Assembly: GCA_946411635.1 (NCBI GenBank)
Contig: CAMKES010000010.1
Coordinates: forward strand, 6,446 to 70,445
Length of the DNA: 64,000 bases
Origin: an uncultured Clostridia bacterium
GTDB taxonomy: Bacteria > Bacillota > Clostridia > Christensenellales > CAG-138
Reading direction: 5' to 3'
The position numbers and the translations under genes were made by a program. Every line of letters begins with the position of its first letter. The first letter of the stretch is position 1. Of the stretch, positions 1 through 9,472 are shown piece by piece. Below the pieces are notes generated by a model. It made no database searches and was not told the origin of the DNA. It saw nothing but the letters and a program-made list of their open reading frames with translations.

Positions 1-25
1 GTTCGCGCCGGAAAGGCAAGCCGGA

Positions 26-1672
26 ATGCATAGCGTCTATCCGCGGCCGCAGCTGAAGCGGGACCGTTATTATGATCTGAACGGCGTATGGGAGTTTTCC
101 GTAACGGACGGCGAACCGCCGCGGTCGTATCCGGACACGATCCGCGTTCCCTATCCTCCCGAATCGCCGCTGTCCGGCCTTGAACGCCGCATTCTTCCGA
201 ACGAATCGATGTGGTACCGCCGCACGTTCGACGCGCCGGAATACGGCGCGGACGAACGCGTGATCCTGCATTTCGGAGCGGTCGACCAGTTCTGCGAAGT
301 GCTTCTGAACGATACGCTCGTCACGAGACACGCAGGCGGTTATCTGCCGTTTTCAGCCGATATCACCGATCTTCTGCGTGCGGAGAACGAGCTCGTCGTC
401 AACGCGGTCGACACGCTCGATCACGCCTTTCCCTGGGGCAAGCAGAAACAGAAAAACGGCGGGATGTGGTTTACCCCGTTTTCCGGCATCTGGCAGACGG
501 TATGGCTCGAGGTCGTGCCGGACACGCACGTAACGGCGCTGTCGTTTATCCCTGGGCTCGATTCCGTCACGATCGGGATCGAAACGAACGGCGTGTTTCC
601 CGGCGCGCACGTGACGATCGAAACCGGCACGAAGCCCATCCGGATCGCGTTTTCCGATGCAAAGCAGACCGTCCCGATCCCGGATCCCGTGCTCTGGACG
701 CCGGAGCATCCGCATCTTTATCCGGTCACGATCGAATGCGGCAGCGACCGCGTGCGCTCCTATTTTGCTCTGCGGACCGTTTCAATCGGCGAAAGAAACG
801 GCGTGCCCCGTCTGCTGCTGAACAGAGAACCGTACTTTTTTCACGGACTGCTGGATCAGGGATACTGGCCGGACGGGATCTGCCTTCCGCCGGACGGCGA
901 CGGATACGAGCGCGATATCCTCGCCGCGAAAGCGCAGGGTTTCAATACGCTGCGAAAGCATATCCGCGTCGAGCCGCTGCCGTTCTACGAGGCGTGCGAC
1001 CGGCTCGGCATGCTCGTGGTCCAGGATTTCGTGAACAACGGCGAATACCGGTTCTTCCGCGATACCGTTCTGCCGACGATCGGGATCAGGCGCATGAACG
1101 ACCGGCACCGGAACCGCGACCCGCGCGTGCGGAAGATCTTTACGGATACCGCGAAGGAAACGATCCGGCATCTGTTTAACGCGCCGTGCATCGCCGGATG
1201 GACGATCTTCAACGAGGGCTGGGGGCAGTTCTGCGCAGACGACGTATACCGCGAATTGAAGCCCCTCGACCCGACGCGGTTTTTCGACGCGACGTCGGGC
1301 TGGTTCGCGCAAAAGGAAAGCGACGTGATCAGCGAACACGTTTACTTCCGAAAGTTCCGTCCGAAACCCGGAAAAAAGCCGCTCCTGCTTTCCGAATTCG
1401 GCGGATACGTGTTTACGGAACAGGCGGGAAAGAAATACGGATACCGGTTCTTTACGGATCCCGCGGCGTACCGCGACGCAGTCGAAAAGCTGTATCGGGA
1501 ACAGATCCTGCCCGCCGTCGAAAAAGGCTTGTGCGGCGCCGTCTACACGCAGATCTCGGACGTGGAACAGGAACGAAACGGCATCCTTTCGTACGACCGC
1601 AAGACGGTCAAGACGGATCCCGAACGAATGAAAGCGCTTGCCGAAGACCTGCAGGCGACGATCCGCGAATAA
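26..1672 (+). CDS. Glycoside hydrolase family 2-like enzyme (beta-galactosidase/beta-glucuronidase type)
   Basis: 548-aa ORF. The N-terminus RPQLKRD..LNGVWEF is typical of GH2 sugar-binding domains, and a WTIFNEGWGQ acid/base-region motif is present. Upstream context is cut by the window edge. Confidence 0.75.
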   Translation: MHSVYPRPQLKRDRYYDLNGVWEFSVTDGEPPRSYPDTIRVPYPPESPLSGLERRILPNESMWYRRTFDAPEYGADERVILHFGAVDQFCEVLLNDTLVTRHAGGYLPFSADITDLLRAENELVVNAVDTLDHAFPWGKQKQKNGGMWFTPFSGIWQTVWLEVVPDTHVTALSFIPGLDSVTIGIETNGVFPGAHVTIETGTKPIRIAFSDAKQTVPIPDPVLWTPEHPHLYPVTIECGSDRVRSYFALRTVSIGERNGVPRLLLNREPYFFHGLLDQGYWPDGICLPPDGDGYERDILAAKAQGFNTLRKHIRVEPLPFYEACDRLGMLVVQDFVNNGEYRFFRDTVLPTIGIRRMNDRHRNRDPRVRKIFTDTAKETIRHLFNAPCIAGWTIFNEGWGQFCADDVYRELKPLDPTRFFDATSGWFAQKESDVISEHVYFRKFRPKPGKKPLLLSEFGGYVFTEQAGKKYGYRFFTDPAAYRDAVEKLYREQILPAVEKGLCGAVYTQISDVEQERNGILSYDRKTVKTDPERMKALAEDLQATIRE

Positions 1673-1673
1673 C

Positions 1674-1700
1674 AAAAAAGGACCGCGATGCGGTCCTTTT
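1674..1700. terminator. Bidirectional rho-independent terminator between convergent GH2 and hup genes
   Basis: Stem GGACCGC (1680-1686), loop GAT, stem GCGGTCC (1690-1696). It is flanked by an A-run and a T-run. Confidence 0.7.
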
Positions 1701-1717
1701 CCGTTTATCAAAATCGA

Positions 1718-1990
1718 TTAGTTGAGCGCGTCCTTCAGAGCTTTGCCCGCTTTGAATGCAGCAGCCTTGGTCGCAGCGATCTCGATCTCCTTGCCGGTCG
1801 CCGGGTTGTGGCCCTTGCGCGCCGGACGGGTCTTCGCTTCAAAGGTGCCGAAGCCGACGATGGAAACCTTCTCGTCCGCCTTCAGCGCGTCGACGATGGT
1901 GTTGACAACTGCGTTAACCGCAATCTCTGCATCCTTCTTGGACAGTTCGCTCTTCTTCGCAACAGCCGCGATGAGTTCAGTCTTGTTCAT
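1718..1990 (-). CDS. hup: HU family nucleoid-associated DNA-binding protein
   Basis: 90 aa, [11 protein letters not shown]...GFGTFE...[14 protein letters not shown]. This is the canonical HU/IHF signature, including the beta-arm RNP-like motif. Confidence 0.93.
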   Translation of the reverse strand: MNKTELIAAVAKKSELSKKDAEIAVNAVVNTIVDALKADEKVSIVGFGTFEAKTRPARKGHNPATGKEIEIAATKAAAFKAGKALKDALN

Positions 1991-2048
1991 GATTATTCCT
2001 CCATAATAGTTTTCAAAAGGTGATGGTTACTCTTTGACGAGCGTGCCT

Positions 2049-2077
2049 ATTTTACCAATCAATTCCCTGTTCGTCAA
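2049..2077 (-). promoter_or_regulatory. Sigma-A type promoter for hup
   Basis: Minus strand reads TTGACG, a 17-nt spacer, then TAAAAT, about 55 nt upstream of the hup ATG. Confidence 0.5.
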
Positions 2078-2093
2078 GACCTAATTTTCGATT

Positions 2094-3515
2094 TTACTCG
2101 GAAAACAGGCATTTTTTCGCCTTTTCCCAATACCTGTCCTGTTCGGAAAGCGACAGATCCGATAAAACGTGTCCGTCGGCCGCCGCGAGCTCTTCCATAT
2201 TGCCGAACCGGGCGATGAACTTGTCCGTCGCGTCGTGCAGGATCTGCTCGCCGTCGAGACCGAGCAGCCGGACAACGTTGACGATCGCAAACAGCAGATC
2301 CCCCGCCTCCTCGGAGACGTCGCCGCTTCCGTTCATCGCGGCCTTCAGCTCGTCGAGCTCCTCATATACCTTCGGAAGCGCTTCCGTTACGTCGTTCCAG
2401 TCGAAGCCGACCTTGCGCGCTCGCTTCTGCACTTTGGCGCTCCGCATCAGCGCAGGAAACCGCTTCGGAACGGCGCAGAGGATCTCCTTCTGCGTCTTCT
2501 GATGCTTTTCCGCCTGTTTGAGTTCATCCCAGCGCTTCAGCACGGCTTCGGTCGTTTCCGCCTTCTCCGTTCCGAACACGTGCGGATGCCGGTAGATCAT
2601 CTTATTCACGATGCCGTCGGCAACGTCGTTCTCAGTGAACCGCCCCTGCTCGGAAGCGATCGTCGAATGAAATACGACGTCCATCAGCACGTCGCCGAGC
2701 TCCTCGACGATATGCGCGTCGTCCTGCTCGTCGATCGCATCGTTGAGCTCGTAACACTCCTCGATGAGATCGGCCTTAAGGCTTTCGTGCGTTTGTTCGC
2801 GGTCCCACGGACAGCCGCCCGGCGCGCGAAGGCGCTGCATGACGGAAACGAGGTCGTAATAGCCGTAGCGCGTGCGCTCTTCAAACGAGGCGGGCATCAC
2901 GAGCAGAACGGATCCGGCGAACAGCGTGCGCTTCCGGTCCAGTTCCGTGAGCGGAAAGGTGCGGCGGGAATAGTGCCCGTCCTTCTGCATCGTGGCAAGC
3001 GTGACCGGCCATTCGTCCGGATAGATCTCGGAAAGCGCGAGCTTGACCTCGCCGGCGATGATCGGATTGTCCAGCTCCTGTACGCAGAGCGGAACGGACG
3101 GATCGACGCGCTTCGGAAGCGTTCTCGCCGTATAAATCTGCGCGTCCTGCAGCTCCGGAAACGCTGCTTTCGCATACGAAACGCCCGGGAGCACGTCCAC
3201 GCGGAAGCCGTGCTTTTTGGCGGCTTCCCGGATCGCAGAAAGCTGTGAAAAGCATCCGTCGCCCATGACGGCGTACACGCAGTCGCCGTCCGAAACGAGC
3301 CTGTCCGCGATGGCGTCGTTCAATGCGTCGTAGTCGTCGGAAGACTCGTAAAGATCGTCCATGGAAACGAACGGCAGACCTGCGTCGAGCACCGGTCCCG
3401 CGGACGGGTGTTCGGCAGTCTGCAGATACAGTTTCGAAGCGCAGAGAACGGCGTCCCACGCGGCGCGCGTAAGCGTTTGCGGCGTGGAAAGCGGCGCGAT
3501 CGTGATGGTTTTCAT
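2094..3515 (-). CDS. YabN-like fusion of a tetrapyrrole-methylase-like domain and a MazG nucleoside triphosphate pyrophosphohydrolase domain
   Basis: The ORF runs 2094..3626, but the start is set at MKTITIAPL (3515). The C-terminal half has MazG EExxE-type motifs (EELGDVLMDV, EEAGDLLFAIV). The N-terminal half is TP-methylase-like. Confidence 0.85.
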   Translation of the reverse strand: MKTITIAPLSTPQTLTRAAWDAVLCASKLYLQTAEHPSAGPVLDAGLPFVSMDDLYESSDDYDALNDAIADRLVSDGDCVYAVMGDGCFSQLSAIREAAKKHGFRVDVLPGVSYAKAAFPELQDAQIYTARTLPKRVDPSVPLCVQELDNPIIAGEVKLALSEIYPDEWPVTLATMQKDGHYSRRTFPLTELDRKRTLFAGSVLLVMPASFEERTRYGYYDLVSVMQRLRAPGGCPWDREQTHESLKADLIEECYELNDAIDEQDDAHIVEELGDVLMDVVFHSTIASEQGRFTENDVADGIVNKMIYRHPHVFGTEKAETTEAVLKRWDELKQAEKHQKTQKEILCAVPKRFPALMRSAKVQKRARKVGFDWNDVTEALPKVYEELDELKAAMNGSGDVSEEAGDLLFAIVNVVRLLGLDGEQILHDATDKFIARFGNMEELAAADGHVLSDLSLSEQDRYWEKAKKCLFSE

Positions 3516-3516
3516 A

Positions 3517-5178
3517 TTATCTCCTTGCAAAGCGGGCGAGCTTTCTTCCGCCCGGAATATACGTGAGTTCTTCCTTGGTGAACATGCCGAACAGCATCGT
3601 GAACGCCGCATAGACGGCAACGGCAATGAGGATCGCGACGATCGTCGCGGCGCGCGACATCCATCCGGTCTGGAACAGCGGGATGCGGTTCAATAGTTCC
3701 TGCACGGCCCACGCCGCCGCACCCATCAGCGCGGAAGCGAACGCAGGTTTCAGGAACGTGTCGAGCACGTTCAGTTTCGCGTGAGTAACCTTCAAAAGGG
3801 CGATCATATCAAGGATTCCGGCAATCCCGAAGCATGCGAGATTGGAGAAGACCGCACCGAGAATATTGACGTCCTTCATCGGAATAAATACGAGATTGAC
3901 GACGACCTTTGTCGCACCGCCGATCAGAAGGAACCACATCGGGAGCCGCTGACGGCCGACGCCCTGCAGCGCGCCCGTCGCAGACTGCACAAGTGAAATG
4001 AATATGACCGTAAATGCAGCAACGCGCATCAGCGGCGCCGCAACGTCGACCGCCTCGGGCGGATTCGGATACAGCATCGAAATGATCGGCCGTGCAAGCA
4101 CGCAAAGGCCGACCGCGCAGGGAATGCCGACCGCCATCGCGATCTTCAGGCTCAGGAGCGAAAGGTTTTTGACGCCTTCCCGATCCTTTCGCACGCGCGC
4201 GGTGGAGATCGCGGGAACTACGGACATCGCGACGGCGACGGTCAGCGTTGCGGGCAGATTGATAATGGAACGAACATGTGTGCAAAGCGCCGTGAAATTG
4301 AGCTGAGCAGCCTGCTCCGATAAGCCGGCACGACCGAGAAGCGGTTTGATCATCCAGGTATCCAGCATGTTCGCAAGCGGAAGGATCGATGCCCCGAGCG
4401 TGATCGGGATCGCGATCGCAAGCATCGGTCCGAGAACCTTTTCGTTCGGGTCAGGGTCGACAATCAGTGCGGTAAACTTGCCTTTCGTACGTGCAAAAAA
4501 GATCAGGATCGCTATGAGTGCAAGCGCTTCGGAGATGGTGACACCGAGCAGAAGTCCTGCCGCACCCGCCGCGTATTGGATCGGCGAACCGGCATACTTG
4601 TCCATGAGCAGTTTTGCGAGCAGCAAACCGAAGACGAACTTGAACACCTGCTCCGCGAGCTGGGAAACGCTGGTTCCCGTCATTCGCTGAAGGCCCTGCA
4701 GGTATCCGCGGAACGCGCAGATAACAGATACGAACACCAATGCAGGCGCAAGTGCGCGCAGTGCAAGGATCGCGCCTTCCCCTCCATGCAGGAGATGCAT
4801 CCCGAAAAATGGCGCTCCGAAAAACATGATCGCGGTCGTGGCTACGCCGATGATCAGCAAAAGAAGCAGCGAACGACGGAACACACGCTTTGCGCCGTCG
4901 TAATTGCCTACGCCCATCCGCTCGGCAACCATGCGGGAGATTGCGGTCGGAATGCCGGAACTGGAGATGATCAGAAGCCACGAATACGTCGGAAAAACAA
5001 GTTCATAATAGAACATGCCTTCCATTTTGATGATCTTCAGCGCGTAAACACGAATCAAAAGACCGATCACCTTACAGATCAGTCCCGCGACCGTCAGGAT
5101 CGCCGCGCCCTTGATAAACGTTGTTCTCTTCGTCGTTTCCATAAAAATCAGTATAGCAGATTCCGTACCGTATTTCAA
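3517..5178 (-). CDS. MOP-superfamily polysaccharide/lipid-linked-oligosaccharide flippase (YabM/SpoVB/MurJ-like)
   Basis: About 550-aa polytopic membrane protein located next to the yabN-like gene, as in the Bacillus yabM-yabN pair. A TTG start lies at 5178 and an alternative ATG (METTKRTT) at 5142. Neither has a strong SD. Confidence 0.75.
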   Translation of the reverse strand: MKYGTESAILIFMETTKRTTFIKGAAILTVAGLICKVIGLLIRVYALKIIKMEGMFYYELVFPTYSWLLIISSSGIPTAISRMVAERMGVGNYDGAKRVFRRSLLLLLIIGVATTAIMFFGAPFFGMHLLHGGEGAILALRALAPALVFVSVICAFRGYLQGLQRMTGTSVSQLAEQVFKFVFGLLLAKLLMDKYAGSPIQYAAGAAGLLLGVTISEALALIAILIFFARTKGKFTALIVDPDPNEKVLGPMLAIAIPITLGASILPLANMLDTWMIKPLLGRAGLSEQAAQLNFTALCTHVRSIINLPATLTVAVAMSVVPAISTARVRKDREGVKNLSLLSLKIAMAVGIPCAVGLCVLARPIISMLYPNPPEAVDVAAPLMRVAAFTVIFISLVQSATGALQGVGRQRLPMWFLLIGGATKVVVNLVFIPMKDVNILGAVFSNLACFGIAGILDMIALLKVTHAKLNVLDTFLKPAFASALMGAAAWAVQELLNRIPLFQTGWMSRAATIVAILIAVAVYAAFTMLFGMFTKEELTYIPGGRKLARFARR

Positions 5179-5181
5179 GTA

Positions 5182-6453
5182 TCAGGTGTCCCGCAGCGCT
5201 TCGACGAGGAGCGGCTCGTTTTGCGCATACAGCGTTTGCAGATCGCCGATCGGGAGCGGATTCGATCCTCTGCCCGCCTCGATCGTAAAGCCCTTCCCGC
5301 CGAGCGTTCCGATCACCCAGTCCTTGTATCCGGCAAAGCCGCTGTCATACGGGACGTCCGAAACGGCGTATCCCGATACCGCCGCAAACCGTTCAGCAAG
5401 GGCGCGCGCGCCTTTCGGCGCGTTTCCCCGGTACTCCCAATAGATCTCGCAGCCCTGCGTGTGATATGCGATCGCGCGGTCGTACCGGTCGTCGACCGTC
5501 AGTTCATACATCGCCCGGTTTTCGGGCGCTTCGAGCGGGCGCGTTCCGACGTAGTCCCGCGGTCCGGGGCGCGTATAGCCGTTTGCGAACTTGATCGCAC
5601 GCGCGTTTTCCCATCCCGCCGGGTACCCGAGATTCAGATCGATCCCGGAGACGTTCGCTTTCCACCCGTCCGGGAACGGGATCGACGGATAAAACGCCGA
5701 CAGCGCCCTTGCGCTCTCGTAATAGCTGTCGCCTTCCGGCAATGCGCCGGTCACGAGATCGACGCCGTCCGGGTTGACGAGCGGGACGAGCGTCAGCGTG
5801 GAGGTCTCAAACAGTCCTTTAGCCGGAACGCCGCCGATCTCCGTTTTGTCGGAGAGCGCGGACAGATACCGTTCCAGAAACAGCAGAACGAGCGGCGTCG
5901 TGATCCATTCGTTCGCGTGATGCGCGGCGTTCACGCCGACGCGTAGCGGTCCTGCGCCGATCCGGACGGCTTCGATCCGTTTTCCGGTAACGCTCGCGCC
6001 GATCGGAAATCTGACGAGATACGGATACCGCAGCGTCAAACCCTCCAGCACGCACGCGGTCAGAAATGCAGAGTACGGCACGTCTGTGAATACGACGTCG
6101 AATCCGAGCGGAACGACGACCTGCTCCCCCTGCGTCCAGGCGGCGGACGGGTTTGCCGTACGGATCCGCCCGGGCGTCGTGTCGAACCGGTCCGCAAGGT
6201 CGTTCACCGTTTCCCCTTCGCGAAGGATCGAAACCGCCGCGCCGGTCAGAAACGGATACAGCGCCGCCCACGTGAGGCGGCCCGCGACGCCGTCCGTGCG
6301 AAGACCGAACCGGTTCTGAAATCCGGTCAGCGCGCGCTCGGTGCGTCTGCCGAAGATGCCGTCGATACTGCCCGGCTCCTCTCCCGCGTGCAAAAGCGCG
6401 GCCTGCAGATACCGTACGTATAGCCCCTTGTCTCCGAATCGAAGCGTTTGCAT
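5182..6453 (-). CDS. Peptidoglycan-binding-domain M14 metallocarboxypeptidase (gamma-D-glutamyl-meso-diaminopimelate peptidase-like)
   Basis: A PG_binding_1-like repeat (GDKGLYVRYLQAAL..DGIFGRRT) is followed by an M14 zinc motif region (HHANEWIT). The start is set at MQTLRF (6453) because GGAGG lies 7 nt upstream. Confidence 0.8.
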   Translation of the reverse strand: MQTLRFGDKGLYVRYLQAALLHAGEEPGSIDGIFGRRTERALTGFQNRFGLRTDGVAGRLTWAALYPFLTGAAVSILREGETVNDLADRFDTTPGRIRTANPSAAWTQGEQVVVPLGFDVVFTDVPYSAFLTACVLEGLTLRYPYLVRFPIGASVTGKRIEAVRIGAGPLRVGVNAAHHANEWITTPLVLLFLERYLSALSDKTEIGGVPAKGLFETSTLTLVPLVNPDGVDLVTGALPEGDSYYESARALSAFYPSIPFPDGWKANVSGIDLNLGYPAGWENARAIKFANGYTRPGPRDYVGTRPLEAPENRAMYELTVDDRYDRAIAYHTQGCEIYWEYRGNAPKGARALAERFAAVSGYAVSDVPYDSGFAGYKDWVIGTLGGKGFTIEAGRGSNPLPIGDLQTLYAQNEPLLVEALRDT

Positions 6454-6497
6454 CGTCTGTCCTCCGCCGTTTTTTGTAAGCATATGCGTACGGACAG

Positions 6498-6526
6498 CAA
6501 AAAAGCCCGCGAATGCGGGCTTTTTA
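6498..6526 (-). terminator. Rho-independent terminator after pyrP
   Basis: Stem AGCCCGC, loop GAAT, stem GCGGGCT, with a flanking U-run on the minus strand. Confidence 0.7.
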
Positions 6527-6541
6527 CGATTCGTTCGATCC

Positions 6542-8062
6542 TTATTTGGATTCCTTTTTCTTCTTCATGCCGCCGAGGATCAGGTTCGTGAGAACGCCGA
6601 GGATCAGCGCGCACGCGACCGTGGTCAGGTTGACCGCGCCGAAGCTGACGGTCAGTCCGCCGACGCCCGCGATCAGAATAACGGAAACGACGAACAGGTT
6701 GCGGTTGTCGTTCAGGTCGACCTTCTGGATCATCTTGAGACCGGAGACCGCGATGAAGCCGTAGAGCGCCATGCAGACGCCGCCCATGACGCAGCTCGGG
6801 ATCGACGCGAGGAACGCTGCGAACGGTCCGATGAAGCTGATGAGGATCGCGAGGATCGCGGTGTACAGGATCGTGATGACGGACGCGTTGCCGGAGATCG
6901 CGACGCAGCCGATCGATTCGCCGTAGGTGGTGTTCGGGCAGCCGCCGAAGATCGCACCCGCAAAGGAGCCGACGCCATCGCCGAGCAGCGTGCGGTGCAG
7001 ACCCGGATCCTCCGTCAGGTCGACGCCGACGATCGTGGACAGGTTCTTATGGTCCGCAATGTGCTCCGCGAACACGACGAACGCAACCGGAACGTACGCG
7101 ACGAGGATCGTGAGGATGTATGCGCCGCTGATCTCGCCGAAGCCCTTGTACGCCGTCAGGAACGTGAAGTCCGGAACCGCAAAGATCTGGAGATTCTGGA
7201 ACTTGGAGAAGTCGATGATCATCAGCGCGGGATTCTTGGTGCTGATGCCGATCACGGTGAAGATCGCCGCGACCGCGTAGCCCGCGAGGATGCCGACGAT
7301 GAACGGGATCATCTTGAGCATCTTCTTGCCGTACACCGAGCAAAGCATCGTAACCGCAAGCGTAACGAGACCTACGATCAGACAAAGATACGGAGACGCG
7401 TTCTGTACGTAGACGTCTTTCTTGACCAGGACGTTATCCTTCTCTTTCAGCGAATCAAAGATATCTTTTTCCGCGATCTCGACGACAGCGGGATCAACCA
7501 CCGCGTCAGTCGTTCCGACAACGACGTTCAGCTCTTTTTTGATCAGATCATCCGCCGTGATCTCATGCATTTCTACGATCGAAACGGGCGTGGAAACGTT
7601 GCCCTTGGTGAGGTCGCCGATCGCGTTGCCCGCGAGCGAAAGACCGATGATCGCAACGATCGGTCCGATGACGATCGCAGGCATCAGCTTGTTGATCCAC
7701 TTGACGCCCGCAAGCTTGACGACGAGCGCAATGACGACGTAAACGAGACCCGCAAAGCACGCGCCGATGATCAGACCGAGATAGCCGAGGTACATCGAAA
7801 CGCCGCCCGCGAACGCTGCGGCCATCGAGCCGAGGAACGCGAACGAGCTTCCGAGGAAGACCGGGCTTCTGAACTTCGTGAAGAGCAGGTAGACGAGCGT
7901 GCCGACGCCGGCGCCGAACAGCGCGGCGGTCGAGCTCATGCCGTGACCGACGATCGCCGGGACCGCAATGGTCGCCGCCATGATCGCGAGCAGCTGCTGC
8001 AGCGCAAAGAGCAGCGTCTGACCGAATTTCGGTTTGTCCTTAATGTTGTAGACCAGATTCAT
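6542..8062 (-). CDS. pyrP: NCS2-family nucleobase permease, uracil permease by context
   Basis: 506-aa polytopic protein with xanthine/uracil permease-like sequence. It lies immediately downstream of pyrR. GGGAGG SD lies 6 nt upstream of the ATG. Confidence 0.85.
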   Translation of the reverse strand: MNLVYNIKDKPKFGQTLLFALQQLLAIMAATIAVPAIVGHGMSSTAALFGAGVGTLVYLLFTKFRSPVFLGSSFAFLGSMAAAFAGGVSMYLGYLGLIIGACFAGLVYVVIALVVKLAGVKWINKLMPAIVIGPIVAIIGLSLAGNAIGDLTKGNVSTPVSIVEMHEITADDLIKKELNVVVGTTDAVVDPAVVEIAEKDIFDSLKEKDNVLVKKDVYVQNASPYLCLIVGLVTLAVTMLCSVYGKKMLKMIPFIVGILAGYAVAAIFTVIGISTKNPALMIIDFSKFQNLQIFAVPDFTFLTAYKGFGEISGAYILTILVAYVPVAFVVFAEHIADHKNLSTIVGVDLTEDPGLHRTLLGDGVGSFAGAIFGGCPNTTYGESIGCVAISGNASVITILYTAILAILISFIGPFAAFLASIPSCVMGGVCMALYGFIAVSGLKMIQKVDLNDNRNLFVVSVILIAGVGGLTVSFGAVNLTTVACALILGVLTNLILGGMKKKKESK

Positions 8063-8127
8063 AATGTACCTCCCTGTGTCCTTTTATTATGCTGTGTCTA
8101 TGCAAAGACCGCTTTGCGATCCTTGAT

Positions 8128-8670
8128 TCAGTTCGATTCCCGGCGGCGAAGCGCGATCTCGTTTCTGCCGTCGAACGCCTCGACGCGGACGCTGACAAAT
8201 TCGTCGCGCGAGGTGGGAATATTCTTTCCGACAAAATTGGCTGCGATCGGAAGCTCGCGATGTCCGCGGTCGACCGCTACGCAAAGGCGGATCGCGGCGG
8301 GTCTGCCGAGTTCGATCAGCGCGTCCATCGCCGCGCGCGCGGTGCGGCCGGTGTACAGCACGTCGTCAACGAGAATCACGATCTTGCCGGTCACGTCGAA
8401 CGGAACGTTCGTTCCGTGCACCTGCGGCATCGGAAAGAGTTCCTTGAGATCGTCGCGGTAGAGCGTGATGTCGAGCGCGCCGAGCAGGACCTTTACGTCG
8501 GAGATGCGCTCGATGTTCGCCTTGATCCGCTCCGCAAGCGGAACGCCGCGGCGGCGGATCCCGACGAGACAGAGTTCCTTTGCCCCCTCGCTCTTTTCGA
8601 TGATCTCGTGCGAAAGACGCATCAGCATGCGATCCATCGTCTGCGCATCGACCAGAATACGTTCGTCCAT
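8128..8670 (-). CDS. pyrR: Bifunctional pyrimidine operon regulator / uracil phosphoribosyltransferase PyrR
   Basis: 180 aa. A PRTase PRPP loop (VILVDDVLYTGRT) is present. The ILVDAQTMDRMLMRLSHEI N-terminus is typical of PyrR. Confidence 0.92.
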   Translation of the reverse strand: MDERILVDAQTMDRMLMRLSHEIIEKSEGAKELCLVGIRRRGVPLAERIKANIERISDVKVLLGALDITLYRDDLKELFPMPQVHGTNVPFDVTGKIVILVDDVLYTGRTARAAMDALIELGRPAAIRLCVAVDRGHRELPIAANFVGKNIPTSRDEFVSVRVEAFDGRNEIALRRRESN

Positions 8671-8684
8671 CGCATCCTCCGCAT

Positions 8685-8711
8685 AAAAAAACTTGCCGTT
8701 TGCACGGCAAG
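8685..8711 (-). terminator. Attenuator terminator in the pyrR leader
   Basis: Minus strand reads CUUGCCG UGCAAA CGGCAAG followed by U7, about 15 nt before the pyrR SD. Confidence 0.75.
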
Positions 8712-8739
8712 ACAGACTCTACGCACTGCGTTATGACGG

Positions 8740-8769
8740 CCTTGCCGGCATCTCGTACCGGATTAAAGG
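8740..8769 (-). promoter_or_regulatory. Putative PyrR-binding (anti-antiterminator) hairpin
   Basis: Minus strand reads CCUUUAAUCCGGUACGAGAUGCCGGCAAGG. It has a lower stem CCUU/AAGG, a UAAU internal loop, an upper stem CCGG/CCGG and a GAGA-containing loop. This resembles the known PyrR binding-loop consensus (UCCAGAGAGG type). Confidence 0.55.
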
Positions 8770-8786
8770 ATCCTTTGATCGGAAGC

Positions 8787-8815
8787 ATCATACCACAGGA
8801 TATGGGCCTTGTAAA
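8787..8815 (-). promoter_or_regulatory. Sigma-A type promoter for the pyrR-pyrP operon
   Basis: Minus strand reads TTTACA, a 17-nt spacer, then TGgTATGAT (extended -10). Confidence 0.55.
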
Positions 8816-8880
8816 GGGGAATTTGGATATATTTTGTAAGATTTATGAAAAACGGCGTCCGGAATTGTTTGTTTCGGGGG

Positions 8881-8909
8881 TTGTGAAGGACGCGCATGTA
8901 TGGTAAACT
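8881..8909 (+). promoter_or_regulatory. Sigma-A type promoter for the DUF4364-pcrA-ligA block
   Basis: TTGTGA, a 17-nt spacer, then TGgTAAACT (extended -10). It is divergent from the pyrR promoter. Confidence 0.45.
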
Positions 8910-8932
8910 GTTTGAGAATACGGAGGAACGCA

Positions 8933-9466
8933 ATGCCTTACTTTACACACGGAGAAACCAAGAACAAACTGATCCTGCTTTACGTTTCGGACCGTGCCGA
9001 CGCGATCCCGACGCGCGAGCAGCTGTACCGTACCGCGATCATGAACTCGGAGATGTCCTACTTCGATTTCGAAGAGGCGCTCGCCGAGCTTCTGGAGGAC
9101 GGAATGCTCGCCGAAGTGCCGAAGCCGTTCGGTACCTGCCTCGGCGTGACAGACCTCGGCAGAGAGGCGCTTTCCATGTTCGAGAAGACTGTTCCGCAGG
9201 ACGAGCGAAACCGTCTTGACGAGTACCTTTCTCTGCACAGAGGCGTTTTTACGAGAGAAACGCAGGTGAGCAGCCGCATCGAGAAGACCGGCGACGGCTT
9301 CGTGCTGCATCTCCTTCTCAACGAGCGCGACCGCGTCGTATTCTCCGTTTCGATCGACGTTGCAAGCGAAGAACAGGCGCTTCGGATGCGAAGCCGCTGG
9401 GAGGACGTCAACGAGTCCGTTTACAATTACATCTGGGACATCCTGTCTGAAAAACAGACGCATTGA
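8933..9466 (+). CDS. Conserved hypothetical protein (DUF4364-like, tentative)
   Basis: 177 aa starting at MPYFTHGETKNKLILLYV, with GGAGG 6 nt upstream. The family name is from memory of similar clostridial proteins and has not been verified. Confidence 0.55.
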   Translation: MPYFTHGETKNKLILLYVSDRADAIPTREQLYRTAIMNSEMSYFDFEEALAELLEDGMLAEVPKPFGTCLGVTDLGREALSMFEKTVPQDERNRLDEYLSLHRGVFTRETQVSSRIEKTGDGFVLHLLLNERDRVVFSVSIDVASEEQALRMRSRWEDVNESVYNYIWDILSEKQTH

Positions 9467-9472
9467 AAAACC

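Noticed and set aside
6341-8461. 706-aa plus-strand ORF across pyrP and pyrR.
   Set aside because: It is antisense to two genes with clear family signatures. The product is dominated by Arg/Asp/Glu/Ala runs with no motifs.
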